Positions 16,221 through 26,099 are shown, numbered from the stretch's first letter. The stretch is DNA of 64,000 nucleotides from Pyrodictiaceae archaeon (GCA_027036135.1 JALVSY010000007.1:1074884-1138883); one strand, 5' to 3'. Notes: generated by a model not told the origin, from the letters alone. Translations and numbers: made by a program.

Positions 16221-17225
16221 CTAGCGTACGCAGATGATGCTACAGCCATCGCCTATCACAACCACGGTGCCAACGTGAGCGCCTATGTAATGGCTTGGGT
16301 ATTTGGATGCTAGTATTGAGTGCATCAAGCTGCCGCTGCAATGAATAGGCGCAATATACTCTACGCCGAGGCCTACTAGCTCCTTGGCTATCTTCTCTAC
16401 CTCGTTCCTCGGGGCCCATGCGAGGTGGAACCCGCCCATCAATAATAGTATTCTCTCGTGGAGTAATTGCTCGGCGTGCTTAACAATCCTGGCTACGCCT
16501 GGGTGGCTACAGCCAACGAGGAGGACGAGGCCCCTACTAGTATTGATTGCTAGCGACTCCTCTGCTGGTGGCCCCCAGAGCGGCGGTAGTACATAGATCC
16601 CTGGAACCACTATAGTTGTTGTGTTAACGACTCTTATGTTGTGTAGCCCGAGGCTCTTGATCCAGCTAAGCACGCTGCTACTAATACCGCTCGGCACGTA
16701 GACGGGGACATCTGGGCAGTGGCGAGCTATATAGGGTAAGCCTCCGACATGGTCCATGTGCTCATGTGAAATAACCACGGCGGATACGTTGCACGGGTTA
16801 ATGCCTAGGCGCTTAGCGTTATAAGCCAGGGTGCCCGGGTCGGGCCCGGTATCGAACAACACATTACCCCAAGGGGTCTCGACGAAGATGCTGAGACCCC
16901 AGCTTGCCTGTAGAGAGTCCCAGGGATTATTATCGACGAGTACATAGAGCCTAGCATAGGGTACAGATACACCAGTGGGGACAACCGTTACATTTCCCCA
17001 AACACGTTGACTAATAGTAGCTGATACGCCGCCCCTCTGCCTAGCACTCCCCAAGAATAGCAGGGCAAGTACTAGGACAGCGATAACGAGTAAGACTAGG
17101 CCCCATGTTCCAAGGAACCCTCGAGGATTCCTAGGCAAAACAATGCCCCCATACCATACGATATAGTTCAGGCTCGTATATAGTATCTTGCCCAGATAGG
17201 AGGAATAATCAATTAACTTAATCAA
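16221..17225 (-). CDS. metallo-beta-lactamase-fold hydrolase with N-terminal membrane anchor
   Basis: HxHxDH motif VVISHEHMDHVGG, later GCSHPG and GGFHL. TM segment LVLLVIAVLVLALLFL. Confidence 0.8.
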   Translation of the reverse strand: MIKLIDYSSYLGKILYTSLNYIVWYGGIVLPRNPRGFLGTWGLVLLVIAVLVLALLFLGSARQRGGVSATISQRVWGNVTVVPTGVSVPYARLYVLVDNNPWDSLQASWGLSIFVETPWGNVLFDTGPDPGTLAYNAKRLGINPCNVSAVVISHEHMDHVGGLPYIARHCPDVPVYVPSGISSSVLSWIKSLGLHNIRVVNTTTIVVPGIYVLPPLWGPPAEESLAINTSRGLVLLVGCSHPGVARIVKHAEQLLHERILLLMGGFHLAWAPRNEVEKIAKELVGLGVEYIAPIHCSGSLMHSILASKYPSHYIGAHVGTVVVIGDGCSIICVR

Positions 17226-17267
17226 GGGAGCCTAGCCTAGGGTGGTAAGAGGGGATGTTGAGGGCGA

Positions 17268-17945
17268 TTGGGGCTTAGCCCTCCCGGAGTGCTGAGCCCG
17301 TGCTCCGTGCTGACCCTGGCAAACCAGCCCATGGCAATGCCACTAGCAAGGGTGCAAACTGTAATGGCTCTGAAGAAGGTACTAATACTCAATGATAAGT
17401 GGCTAGCAAGGGTGCTTGGCCCCCGCTGCGCGGAGGATACAGCAGTATTTAGGGAGTGTGCTAAGAGGCTCCGTGGCACAGAGGAATACAGAGTACTAGG
17501 AAGGTTCCTCGATGAGAACCCAGAGAACCGGGTAATCTACCTAGGAGACGACGGCATACTAGCCCGCGTCTTCGGAGACCGAGTCCTAGACCTCTATGGC
17601 TCAAGGACCAGACTTCGCTGCCGGAAATGCGGGCACCGCTGGTGGATAGACCAGGGCCAACAATGCCCCCACTGCAGCTCAACAAGCTACGAGCCCGACT
17701 ACACACCTCCCGGAGAAAGGCCCCCACAGAAGAAGATACTAGAAGCACTATACGAGGTAACTAGCAGCGATGAAGCATACTTCGTAGAGCCCAGGAACCC
17801 GCCGGAGCTAATAGAGCTACTCCTACTAATCATTGCCCTCAAGTTCACCGACAAAGTAACAGTTATCGGAGAACCACTTAGTCATCTAAGAAACCTAGTA
17901 AGAATAGAGAACTCCCTCACCTCAATCCTCGAGAACAACGAGTAA
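17268..17945 (+). CDS. zinc-ribbon protein with degenerate Sir2-like layout (catalytic residues absent)
   Basis: RVLDLYGSRTRLRCRKCGH...QCPHCSS..EPDYTPPGERPP parallels Sir2 (v)IELHGs...C..C....CP.C...lRPdvV.FGE.lP, and VIYLGDDGILARVFG parallels ITQNVDxLHxRAG. The catalytic H is replaced by Y and GAGIS is absent. True start is probably an internal Met (MAMPLA / MALKKV). Confidence 0.4.
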   Translation: MGLSPPGVLSPCSVLTLANQPMAMPLARVQTVMALKKVLILNDKWLARVLGPRCAEDTAVFRECAKRLRGTEEYRVLGRFLDENPENRVIYLGDDGILARVFGDRVLDLYGSRTRLRCRKCGHRWWIDQGQQCPHCSSTSYEPDYTPPGERPPQKKILEALYEVTSSDEAYFVEPRNPPELIELLLLIIALKFTDKVTVIGEPLSHLRNLVRIENSLTSILENNE

Positions 17946-18011
17946 TAGCGGGAATACAAGTACCCTGAGGGGCAAAGAAGCGTAGAAGCCCATTAAGAGT
18001 CATCCACGGAA

Positions 18012-18671
18012 TTACCTATGGAATAACTTCTTCAGCTCAGCATATAACTTATATAGGTCGTCTATCCGTTTATTCGTCTCCTCGATTTTTGCTAACAACG
18101 TTTCTTGTACTTTATCTATTCTCCGATTAGTCTCCTCAATCTTTGCTAATAGAGTAGTCTGCACAACATCGATCCGCTTATTAGTATCGTCTATTCTCTT
18201 ATTGGTCTCGTCTATCCGTTTGTTTGTCTCTTCTATCTTTGTTAATAGGATTTCTTGTACTGAGCCTATTCTCCTATTTGTTTCCTCGATCCTAGCTAGT
18301 AGTACTTCTTGTACCCTATCTATTCTCTTATCTGTCTCGTCGATTTTTGTCAATAGTATCTCTCGCACCTTGTCTGCTCTTTTATTGGTCTCGTCGATCT
18401 TTGCTGAAAAGGCCTCCTGTATACTGTTTATCCTCTTATTGATATCGTCTATTCTTCTGTTAGTCTCCCTTATTTCCTCCCCTAGTTGCCTTCTTGTCTC
18501 CTCTATTTCCTCTCTAAGCTCTCTCCTTGTCTCCCTCATTTCCTTATGCATGAGGTCTAGGTAGAGGAGCAAGATATCCTCTGTACTTAGCTTCTTTTTC
18601 TTCTCCAGCTTCTCCAGTATCCTTTTCGAGACTTGGCTCAATAAGCTGCTAAGTACAGCTTCTTCGGCCAA
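18012..18671 (-). CDS. coiled-coil protein built from 18-aa tandem repeats
   Basis: Six units of LL(A/T)KIEETN(K/R)RID(K/R)VQE(T/V), plus a nested ETNKRID x3. The gene's GC appears lower than its neighbours (by eye, not computed). Confidence 0.7.
   Translation of the reverse strand: MAEEAVLSSLLSQVSKRILEKLEKKKKLSTEDILLLYLDLMHKEMRETRRELREEIEETRRQLGEEIRETNRRIDDINKRINSIQEAFSAKIDETNKRADKVREILLTKIDETDKRIDRVQEVLLARIEETNRRIGSVQEILLTKIEETNKRIDETNKRIDDTNKRIDVVQTTLLAKIEETNRRIDKVQETLLAKIEETNKRIDDLYKLYAELKKLFHR
18050..18412. repeat. 54-nt tandem repeat (about 6 units) with a nested 21-nt triplication
   Basis: DNA periodicity of 54 nt is visible, e.g. GTCTCCTCGATTTTTGCTAACAACG... then GTCTCCTCAATCTTTGCTAATAGAG.... 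Corresponds to the 18-aa protein repeat. Confidence 0.75.
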
Positions 18672-18798
18672 TTACTAGGCCCCAGTAAAATCGATGCGGT
18701 AGTAATCGAAAACACTTACGCCTACCCTAGGAAAAGGCTTTGGCGTGAGCAACGTTACCAGGTTACGTGTTCTGCCTTTAAGTTGTACCCGGTACCCC

Positions 18799-19578
18799 TT
18801 AGATCCAGCGCTTCTTTCTCCTATACCACTTTGCTCTCCGATAGCTGGTCTCTGGCTTCAGCCCGAGGTAGAACTCTTTTACGTCCTTGTCCTCTCTTAG
18901 CTTCTCAGCGGGCCCTTCTAGCACTATCTTACCGTTCTCAAGTATGTAGCCATAATCAGCTATTTCTAGTGCCTTTTTCGCGTTCTGCTCAGCCAGTAGC
19001 ACCGTTATACCCTCTTCCTCGTGGAGCCTCCTTATGGCTTCGTAGAGCTCATGTACTATACGAGGCGCTAAGCCAAGGCTAGGCTCATCTAGTAGCAATA
19101 GCTTCGGTTTAGCTAGGAGAGCTAAGCCTATGGCGAGCATTTGTTGCTCTCCGCCACTTAGGTAACCTACTCGCTTTCTTCGATGTACTTTTAGCCTTGG
19201 GAAATACTTGTACACTGTATCAGTATCACTGCTTCCCCACGCATACGCGACAGCCTCTATGTTCTCCTCGACGCTTAGTTCACGGAATACCTGCCTACCC
19301 TCAGCGACGTAGACCACGCCTTTACGAGAGATCTTGTCTGGCTCCTTGTTCTCTATCCTTTCTCCGAGAAAGCTTATCGAGCCCCTTGTAATCCTGCCAC
19401 GGTACAGCTTGATGACCCCCGATACCGCGCGTAATAGGGTTGTTTTGCCAGCACCGTTAGGGCCAAGAATCGTTGTAATGCTGTCATTCTCTACCCTTAG
19501 GCTGATACCCTTAAGCACCATTATGAACGGGTGATAAACTACCTCTATGTTATTTACACTTAGCAACGGGCTTGGCAT
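18799..19578 (-). CDS. livF: branched-chain amino acid-type ABC transporter ATP-binding protein LivF
   Basis: LLSVNNIEVVY..., Walker A GPNGAGKTT, YVAEGRQVF, LSGGEQQMLAIG, LLLLDEPSLGLAP. Confidence 0.85.
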   Translation of the reverse strand: MPSPLLSVNNIEVVYHPFIMVLKGISLRVENDSITTILGPNGAGKTTLLRAVSGVIKLYRGRITRGSISFLGERIENKEPDKISRKGVVYVAEGRQVFRELSVEENIEAVAYAWGSSDTDTVYKYFPRLKVHRRKRVGYLSGGEQQMLAIGLALLAKPKLLLLDEPSLGLAPRIVHELYEAIRRLHEEEGITVLLAEQNAKKALEIADYGYILENGKIVLEGPAEKLREDKDVKEFYLGLKPETSYRRAKWYRRKKRWI

Positions 19579-19635
19579 GTCCCCCCACCAAGTATCAGAG
19601 CCGTGGATGTTGAGAAGAAGAAAACGTAGACATGG

Positions 19636-21006
19636 TCATCCACTTGTCGCTGCTGCGCAGTCGAAGCCCTTTGGCTCTATTGGGCCTAGGAAGTGGAATT
19701 TGTCATCCTTCCCGTACATCACTATGTACACGGTCTTGAATGGTAAATGGTTACCCGGACAGAATCTCATTGGCGGCGTTATGTCCCCAAGCCTTATCGG
19801 GTCTCCATGACAGCTACTCTCTAATGCCTCTTTTAGTGCTTCCCCTTTCTTTATTAAGAGTTCCTTGCTTGTAGTCCTTTCTATGGCTTTGACTAGTAGC
19901 CAGACATTCATAAAGCCTTGCATAAACCTCAAATTCACCTGTTTTTGCGGTATTCCCGATATTCTCGCTGCCTCATAGACTTCCCGGTACCCGGGTCTAT
20001 CTTTGGCGTATTCAGGCCATATCCAAGGAGAAACTCCTACTACTTTGCCGGCTATGTCCCTGCCAGCTATCCGTGGAAAACGTTCATCGAATCCCCATAC
20101 ATTTACTATCATTATTGACTTCAGTCCATATGCTGCGACGTATTTGGCTGCAAGTGCGCAGCTTGTTATCGTGTTTCCACACCATATGAAATCCGGTTTG
20201 GAACCCAGTAGCTCAGTTACTGCTCTTTCGGCATCGGCTCCTGTGGCTGCAAGAGGGAGATTTACATCAGCTACTATTCTTATACCCTCTTTCTTCGCAT
20301 ATGACTTTATTGCTGGTATAGGGCTTTTACTATATGCTATTTCGTGGTCATAAAGCAGTGCTAGCTTGGCCTTCTTCATCTTGGTTGTAATCCAGGTTAA
20401 TGCAGCACAGGCCTGTGTGCTATAATCTGGCGCTGGAAAGAAGTTGTATGGCTTATGTACAAGCTCAGCAGAATAGCTAGCTGATATATACAATATCTTG
20501 TCATGGGCTGTCTGATTAGCTAGCTTCTCTGTATCGGCTGTTCCCCAACCAACTATTGCTACCACATGGTACTTGTCGCGGAACTCTTTGTAGAACTCAA
20601 CAGCTCTACTAGGGTTATAGGCGTAATCTCTCTCAACTGCGTCGAGATATACTCTTACACCATCTTTTGTATATATCCCTTTCTTGTTAAAGTATTTTAT
20701 AGCTGCCATAACACCTTTTGCATAGTCTCTTCCGACATCACTTGTAGGCCCACTCTCATCAACAAGCACACCTATTGGTAAATGTATCTCCTTTGAGGCG
20801 CTACCGGGGCTTGGCGCTGTACTAGTCCTAGTAGTTGCTGGGGCGCTCTTGCTGCTTGGTAATGCACTAGTGGTCTGCGAAGCCACGGGAGTACTTGTCT
20901 GGCTAGACGTGCTTTTGCCTGATCCGGGATGATAAAAAACCGTTGCTAGGCCAGCTATCACTATTATTGCTACAGCTATGCTTATTAAAAGCGTACGCGA
21001 ACTCAT
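19636..21006 (-). CDS. LIV-type (Peripla_BP_6-like) substrate-binding protein with TM anchor and Ser/Thr/Pro linker
   Basis: N-terminal TM LLISIAVAIIVIAGLATVF, an S/T/P-rich linker of about 60 aa, then a type-I periplasmic binding fold of typical length. Operon position between livM and livF. Confidence 0.75.
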   Translation of the reverse strand: MSSRTLLISIAVAIIVIAGLATVFYHPGSGKSTSSQTSTPVASQTTSALPSSKSAPATTRTSTAPSPGSASKEIHLPIGVLVDESGPTSDVGRDYAKGVMAAIKYFNKKGIYTKDGVRVYLDAVERDYAYNPSRAVEFYKEFRDKYHVVAIVGWGTADTEKLANQTAHDKILYISASYSAELVHKPYNFFPAPDYSTQACAALTWITTKMKKAKLALLYDHEIAYSKSPIPAIKSYAKKEGIRIVADVNLPLAATGADAERAVTELLGSKPDFIWCGNTITSCALAAKYVAAYGLKSIMIVNVWGFDERFPRIAGRDIAGKVVGVSPWIWPEYAKDRPGYREVYEAARISGIPQKQVNLRFMQGFMNVWLLVKAIERTTSKELLIKKGEALKEALESSCHGDPIRLGDITPPMRFCPGNHLPFKTVYIVMYGKDDKFHFLGPIEPKGFDCAAATSG

Positions 21007-21090
21007 TTTCCCACCCTAAGCACCTAAACATATATTATCTAGATATATTTAAACTTTTCTTATAATACATGATATGTTTTAGGAAAATAA

Positions 21091-22113
21091 CTAGTATCTG
21101 AAAGGCCAGAGACGGAAGTACTCTTTGGCCCTTCTTAGAATTCCTATGAGCCCGTCTGGCTCCAGTACAACGAAGATTGCTATGAGGCCTCCAAGTACCA
21201 TATACTTAATAGCAGCGTTGGCTGCAAAGGCCCCCGCTAATAAGCTCCAACCAGTATGTATCGTTAGTGCTCCAAGCAGGCTCCCCCATACGAGTCTCCC
21301 GGGGCCACCCACGAGAACCATTGCTAAGTACTCTATAGACGTATCAAGAGTAAATGCTCCCCAGCCTATACTAGGGTTCGCGAGTGCATAAAGACCGCCA
21401 GCAAGTCCCGCATAGAGACTGCCAAGGGCAAAGGCTAGGGCCTTAGTACGTGTAACATTTATCCCTACGACGCTCGCAGAGACATCATTGTCTCTCACGG
21501 CTTTCATTGCTCGCCCAATGCCGCTTCGCCCAATATTTGCGGCGAATAGAGCAGCAGCCAGAGTTGCTCCCAATACAAGATAGTATAGCGCTAGGCCCTT
21601 GCCGAGGTAAATGCCAGTGATTATTTTCGTGTTGTATGGAATGCTTATTCCTTGATGTGGGTCTATCCAAGTCTTAAACATATACTCTAGTATTGCCTGG
21701 ACAGCTATACTCGCCATGGCCAAGTAGTAGCCCTTGAGCCTAAATGATGGGAGTCCTAATACGAAGCCCACGGCAGCTGTCATAATGGCTCCCAGCGGTA
21801 TAGCAACTAGTACATTGACTCCATGAAGCGCCAAGTGAGCCACAGTGTATGCTCCGATACCCATTAGTGCGCCTTGTGCAAGCGATATTTGGCCAGCGAG
21901 CCCCGTGACTATGTTTAACCCCATGGCTCCGATGAAGAATACTAAGAGCGCCACAGCTTGGTCAATTCCATAGCTTCCAGCGAGTACCGGGAAGAGTAGT
22001 GCTATAGCTAGTCCAGCAATGAGTGCTGCCTTGTGTATTGGGTACCGTAGTAGAGCCATATCCGCGAGATAAGTCTCCTTGAATACTCCGGCAGGCATTT
22101 TCACCGCCTCCAT
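21091..22113 (-). CDS. livM: ABC transporter permease LivM
   Basis: GQISLAQGALMGIGAYT motif, about 9 TM segments, 340 aa. Confidence 0.8.
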   Translation of the reverse strand: MEAVKMPAGVFKETYLADMALLRYPIHKAALIAGLAIALLFPVLAGSYGIDQAVALLVFFIGAMGLNIVTGLAGQISLAQGALMGIGAYTVAHLALHGVNVLVAIPLGAIMTAAVGFVLGLPSFRLKGYYLAMASIAVQAILEYMFKTWIDPHQGISIPYNTKIITGIYLGKGLALYYLVLGATLAAALFAANIGRSGIGRAMKAVRDNDVSASVVGINVTRTKALAFALGSLYAGLAGGLYALANPSIGWGAFTLDTSIEYLAMVLVGGPGRLVWGSLLGALTIHTGWSLLAGAFAANAAIKYMVLGGLIAIFVVLEPDGLIGILRRAKEYFRLWPFRY

Positions 22114-22114
22114 C

Positions 22115-22999
22115 TCATAGTCTTTCTATTCTTTCGGTTCCGAAGAACCCATAGGGCTTAAGCAGCAGCACAACGAGCATTACGATAAAGGCAGCTACTT
22201 CTCCGAATCCCGGCAAATAGTTGTGGAGAAAATAGTCTCCAAACTGCTCTGTGAAACTCAGCACAAAGCCGCCAACAACTATGCCAGCGATACTATCCAG
22301 GCCTGCTAGCAGACTAGCGGCAAGAGCCTTCAACACATAGCTATCTATGCCAGGGCTTACCCCCGCCTTTAAGCCAAAGGCTAGGCCTCCAAGAGCCCCT
22401 AATAGTCCAGCAAAACCCCAGCTCAGAGCTGTTAGTCTACGAACAGGTAGCCCATAACCAGCGGCGCCATAGGGATTCTCTGCGACAGCTCTCATAGCGA
22501 CCCCTAGCCTAGTAAATCGATGAATACCGATCACTAAGCCTAGGGCCACTAGTGCTACAGCAAGAGCAGCTATATCGGAGCCTGTGAACACCACTGCACC
22601 GATACGGTAAACAGTGCCAAAGTCTCCTAGACTGCCTCCGCTCCAATAGCTCCCAGTAGCTTCTATCGCTACACCTCTTAGTAAGTAGAATACACCAAGG
22701 GTAGCAGCAATTAGCGCTACTGGAGGTCTCCCAAGCAGTGGTCTTGCCACACCACGCTCGAGCAAAATTCCTATACCGAATCCTATGAATGATGCTATCA
22801 ATGCTGCTAGGAAGAATCCAAGGCCCTGCATACTCGCTACTAGCGCAGCATAGGCAGCTACTAGGGCTATCTCTGGGTGGGCAAGGTTAATCGACTTACT
22901 AACCCTGTATACCAGGTTAAAGCCGAGAGCCAGTACCGAGTACAATACCCCCATTACTATCGATTCCTTAACCAATACACCTGCTATAGATGCATCCAT
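22115..22999 (-). CDS. livH: ABC transporter permease LivH
   Basis: SINLAHPE (G-x-INLAHG type), about 8 TM segments, 294 aa. Directly abuts livM. Confidence 0.8.
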   Translation of the reverse strand: MDASIAGVLVKESIVMGVLYSVLALGFNLVYRVSKSINLAHPEIALVAAYAALVASMQGLGFFLAALIASFIGFGIGILLERGVARPLLGRPPVALIAATLGVFYLLRGVAIEATGSYWSGGSLGDFGTVYRIGAVVFTGSDIAALAVALVALGLVIGIHRFTRLGVAMRAVAENPYGAAGYGLPVRRLTALSWGFAGLLGALGGLAFGLKAGVSPGIDSYVLKALAASLLAGLDSIAGIVVGGFVLSFTEQFGDYFLHNYLPGFGEVAAFIVMLVVLLLKPYGFFGTERIERL

Positions 23000-23081
23000 C
23001 CTACGTCACCCGGTAACGTGCATGAAGTGGACTAGACACAGTAAGCAATACACCTAGTTCACGAAGAAAGAATAGAGAGTC

Positions 23082-24995
23082 TTAGACAGTGATTATACGT
23101 ACCTTCCTCTCCACGGCTATCCTCCTGCCATCCTCTAGCCTTATCTCGGCACAAACTAGCGCCTCGTCGTCACCATGGTACATGGCTTCTATTAGCTCCT
23201 TGTAGCGCTGTTCAATCACTCTTCTCCTAAGCTTCCTCGTACGAGTCATCTCTCCATCGTCTGGATGGAACTCCTTGAAGAGGCTAACGAAGCGCCTAAC
23301 CCTTATCTCCTCATGTAACGACCTATTAGCTCTCATAACCTCTTCTCTCAGTAGGCTCAGTACCTCTGGCTTCTGGCTAAGGTCGCTATAGCTCGTGAAC
23401 GCTATGCCTCGGTGCTCAGCCCATCGCGACACAGTTGGATAATCTATGTTCAGTATAGCTATCAAGTATGGTCTATTCTCGCCAATCACGGCCGCTTCGG
23501 CTATGTAGGGGCTAAATTTTAGCTTATTCTGGACTACTTGCGGAGCAACCTTGGTTCCGTTGCTCAGCGTTATAATTTCCTTAGCCCTATCGTGCACAAC
23601 TAGGTGTCCATCGCTTGTGATCTCTCCTATGTCGCCCGTGTGTAGCCAGCCTTCGGGATCAATGGTTTTCCTCGTGGCCCCGGGGTTGCGGTAATAGCCT
23701 TTCATCACGGCTGGGCTCCTTATGAGTATCTCGCCATCTTCGCTAATCCTTAGCTCGGTCTCCGGGAGAGGTTTGCCGACAGTCTCTGGTCTCACATCAT
23801 CGTCTGGATGGACAACAGCTATGCCAGCTACCTCTGTCTGGCCATAGATCTGCTTCAGGTTAACACTCAGTGCGTGGAAGTAGAGGAAGTAGTCGGGCCC
23901 AAGCATTGCTCCGCCAGTATAGGCTCTCCTTACTCGCTTCAATCCCTTCTTGTCAAGAATGCTTCTCAGAGCTAGCCAGTACGCTACGTAGCGTAGTATC
24001 CTCCAACCCAGGCTTGGCCTCCTTTTCCCGGGTTTGAGCCTGGACTTAGCAGCTCTGTAGCCTATCAAGATAGCAATTTCATACGCTAGGCGCTTTACTG
24101 GGTCACTATCCCTTATATCAGCCATAACATCCCTGGCGATCCTCTCCCATATCCTTGGCGGCGCAAAGAGGAAGTGGGGCGCTATCTCCCTGAAATCACG
24201 CCATAGCGTCTCGCTCTCTGGGAAGTTTACTCGGAACCCCGTCATGAAGTGAAGCGCTATGCTCATCATCTGCTCGCCGACCCATGCCGGGGGTAGGAAG
24301 GATACATACTCCCAGTCCTCCTCAATGGGGTCTAGCTTGTTTAGCTGATAAGCCATGGCTAGGAGGTTCCGATGGCTCAACATAGCCAGCTTAGGCCTAC
24401 CCGTGGTACCGCTAGTCGTGAAGAACCCTGCCACGTCATCCGGGTCTAGATCCCTTACTAGCTCGTCGTAGATCCCAGGGCTCTGCTCATCCAACGCCTT
24501 ACCGGTCTTTAATAGATCACTGAAAGTTATTACTTGGTCTCCGAGCTTCTCGCGGTAGAGGTGAAGCCCTTTAGCCTCATCAACTATTATTTTCTCAACC
24601 CGGGTCTTATCAATGATCTCCAATACTCTATCAAGCTGTTCTTGGCCCTCAACTAGCACAACTCTTGCATCGCTCTCGCTCAGCACATAGGCTATCTCGT
24701 CCGCTAAGCTGTCACGATACACACCAACGGTTATTGCTCCGAGGCTCTGCGCCCCAACCTCGTAGATAGGCCATGCCGGCCTATTCCCAGTTATGAATGC
24801 CGCCTTATCCCCCTTGCCAATTCCGAGGCTATAGAGGCCGAGCGCAGCCTATCTCACTAGCTGATAGTATTCCCTCCAGGTAAACCGGTTCCATACGCCG
24901 TAGCGCTTCCAGCGGAAAGCAGTGGCTCCTGGCTTTTCCTTAGCCATCCTGGCTAATAGCCAAGGGAACGTAGTACGATACGGCTCCATGTTCAT
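23082..24995 (-). pseudogene. long-chain acyl-CoA synthetase (AMP-forming) with an in-frame TAG at codon 49
   Basis: TSGTTGRPK, YGQTE and GWLHTGDIGE motifs. ATG at 24995 follows the livG stop by 2 nt. The frame is continuous except for TAG at 24849-24851. The track ORF restarts at GTG 24722. Confidence 0.8.
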
Positions 24996-24997
24996 AG

Positions 24998-25858
24998 CTA
25001 GCCACCCATATAGGCCTCTATAACCTTTGGGTTGCGAGCCACCTCGTAGGGGAGGCCATCGGCTATCACCTTGCCATAATCCATGACTATGACTCTATCA
25101 CAGAGATCCATGACGACCTCAAGGTCGTGCTCAACGAGGACGAAGCTCGTCCCCCTCGTCTCATTGACCTCAACTATTGCTCTAGCGATGTCCTCCTTCT
25201 CCTCCCTACTAAGCCCGGCCATAGGCTCGTCCATGAGGACTAGCTCGGGTTTCTGTGCAAGAGCCCTGGCAAGATCAACCCTCTTCTGCACGCCGGGCGG
25301 AAGACTACCTACTACGTGGTAACGGTATGGATGTAGATCTAGGAGATCTATGACTTGCTCAGCCCTGGCCCGGGCCCACTCTTCCCATTTCTTGGTGCTA
25401 CGGGACCATAGGGCAGCAGCTAGTGTGCTGTACTTGCGCCAGGGCTCTAGCCCCGACATTATATTCTCTAATACTGTCATGGAGGTGAATAGCTCGCTGT
25501 GCTGGAAGGTTCTAGCTATTCCTAGCCGGACCCTCTCAGCGGGTGAGAGCCTGGTTATGTCCCTGTTCTTGAATATTATCCTGCCTTTCTGCGGCTTGTA
25601 GAACCCGGATATAATGTTAAGCAGCGTTGTTTTACCAGCACCATTAGGCCCGACAATACCGAGTATCTCGCCCGGCTTGACGACGAACTCCACGTTGTCT
25701 ACTGCTATGACTCCTCCAAATCTAACAACGATGTCCTCGACTCGGAGAACATGGTCTAGACGGGGGAGAGGCCTTGCCCGGTACTCCTCGCTGCTACGCC
25801 ACAGCACTTGGTAATCGAAGTTCCTCACCTCCTTGCTACGCTGCCGAGCGAAGAACAA
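24998..25858 (-). CDS. livG: ABC transporter ATP-binding protein LivG
   Basis: VRFGGVIAVDNV, Walker A GPNGAGKTT, GIARTFQHSELF, LVLMDEPMAGLS. Confidence 0.85.
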   Translation of the reverse strand: MFFARQRSKEVRNFDYQVLWRSSEEYRARPLPRLDHVLRVEDIVVRFGGVIAVDNVEFVVKPGEILGIVGPNGAGKTTLLNIISGFYKPQKGRIIFKNRDITRLSPAERVRLGIARTFQHSELFTSMTVLENIMSGLEPWRKYSTLAAALWSRSTKKWEEWARARAEQVIDLLDLHPYRYHVVGSLPPGVQKRVDLARALAQKPELVLMDEPMAGLSREEKEDIARAIVEVNETRGTSFVLVEHDLEVVMDLCDRVIVMDYGKVIADGLPYEVARNPKVIEAYMGG

Positions 25859-26099
25859 AACGCACCATCTCGCACACCCCTTGCCATTGCTATTCTCTCA
25901 CATTTATCATAAGCTGTGTACGAAAGGAACACTGCTAGACTCATCTATTTATACTTTTCCCTAAATAGTGGGACGGATTCACTTTAACACAACATCACTG
26001 GAGTGTACCGAGATTAAGCACTAAGCTAAAATCACTCCACGCCTAGCCCTAAGGGCTCAGTGTAATTACCTACTTAAAAGCCGTCGCTGGTGCATAGTA

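Noticed and set aside
18202-18564. 120-aa plus-strand ORF within the tandem-repeat gene
   Set aside because: It is the antisense reading of the 54-nt repeats and gives a monotonous Ser/Ile/Leu peptide. The minus strand gives a coherent coiled-coil heptad pattern.
24849-24851. In-frame TAG as a pyrrolysine codon
   Set aside because: No pyl genes in the window, and the lineage (Crenarchaeota-like) is not known to use pyrrolysine. A nonsense mutation or a base-call error is far more likely.
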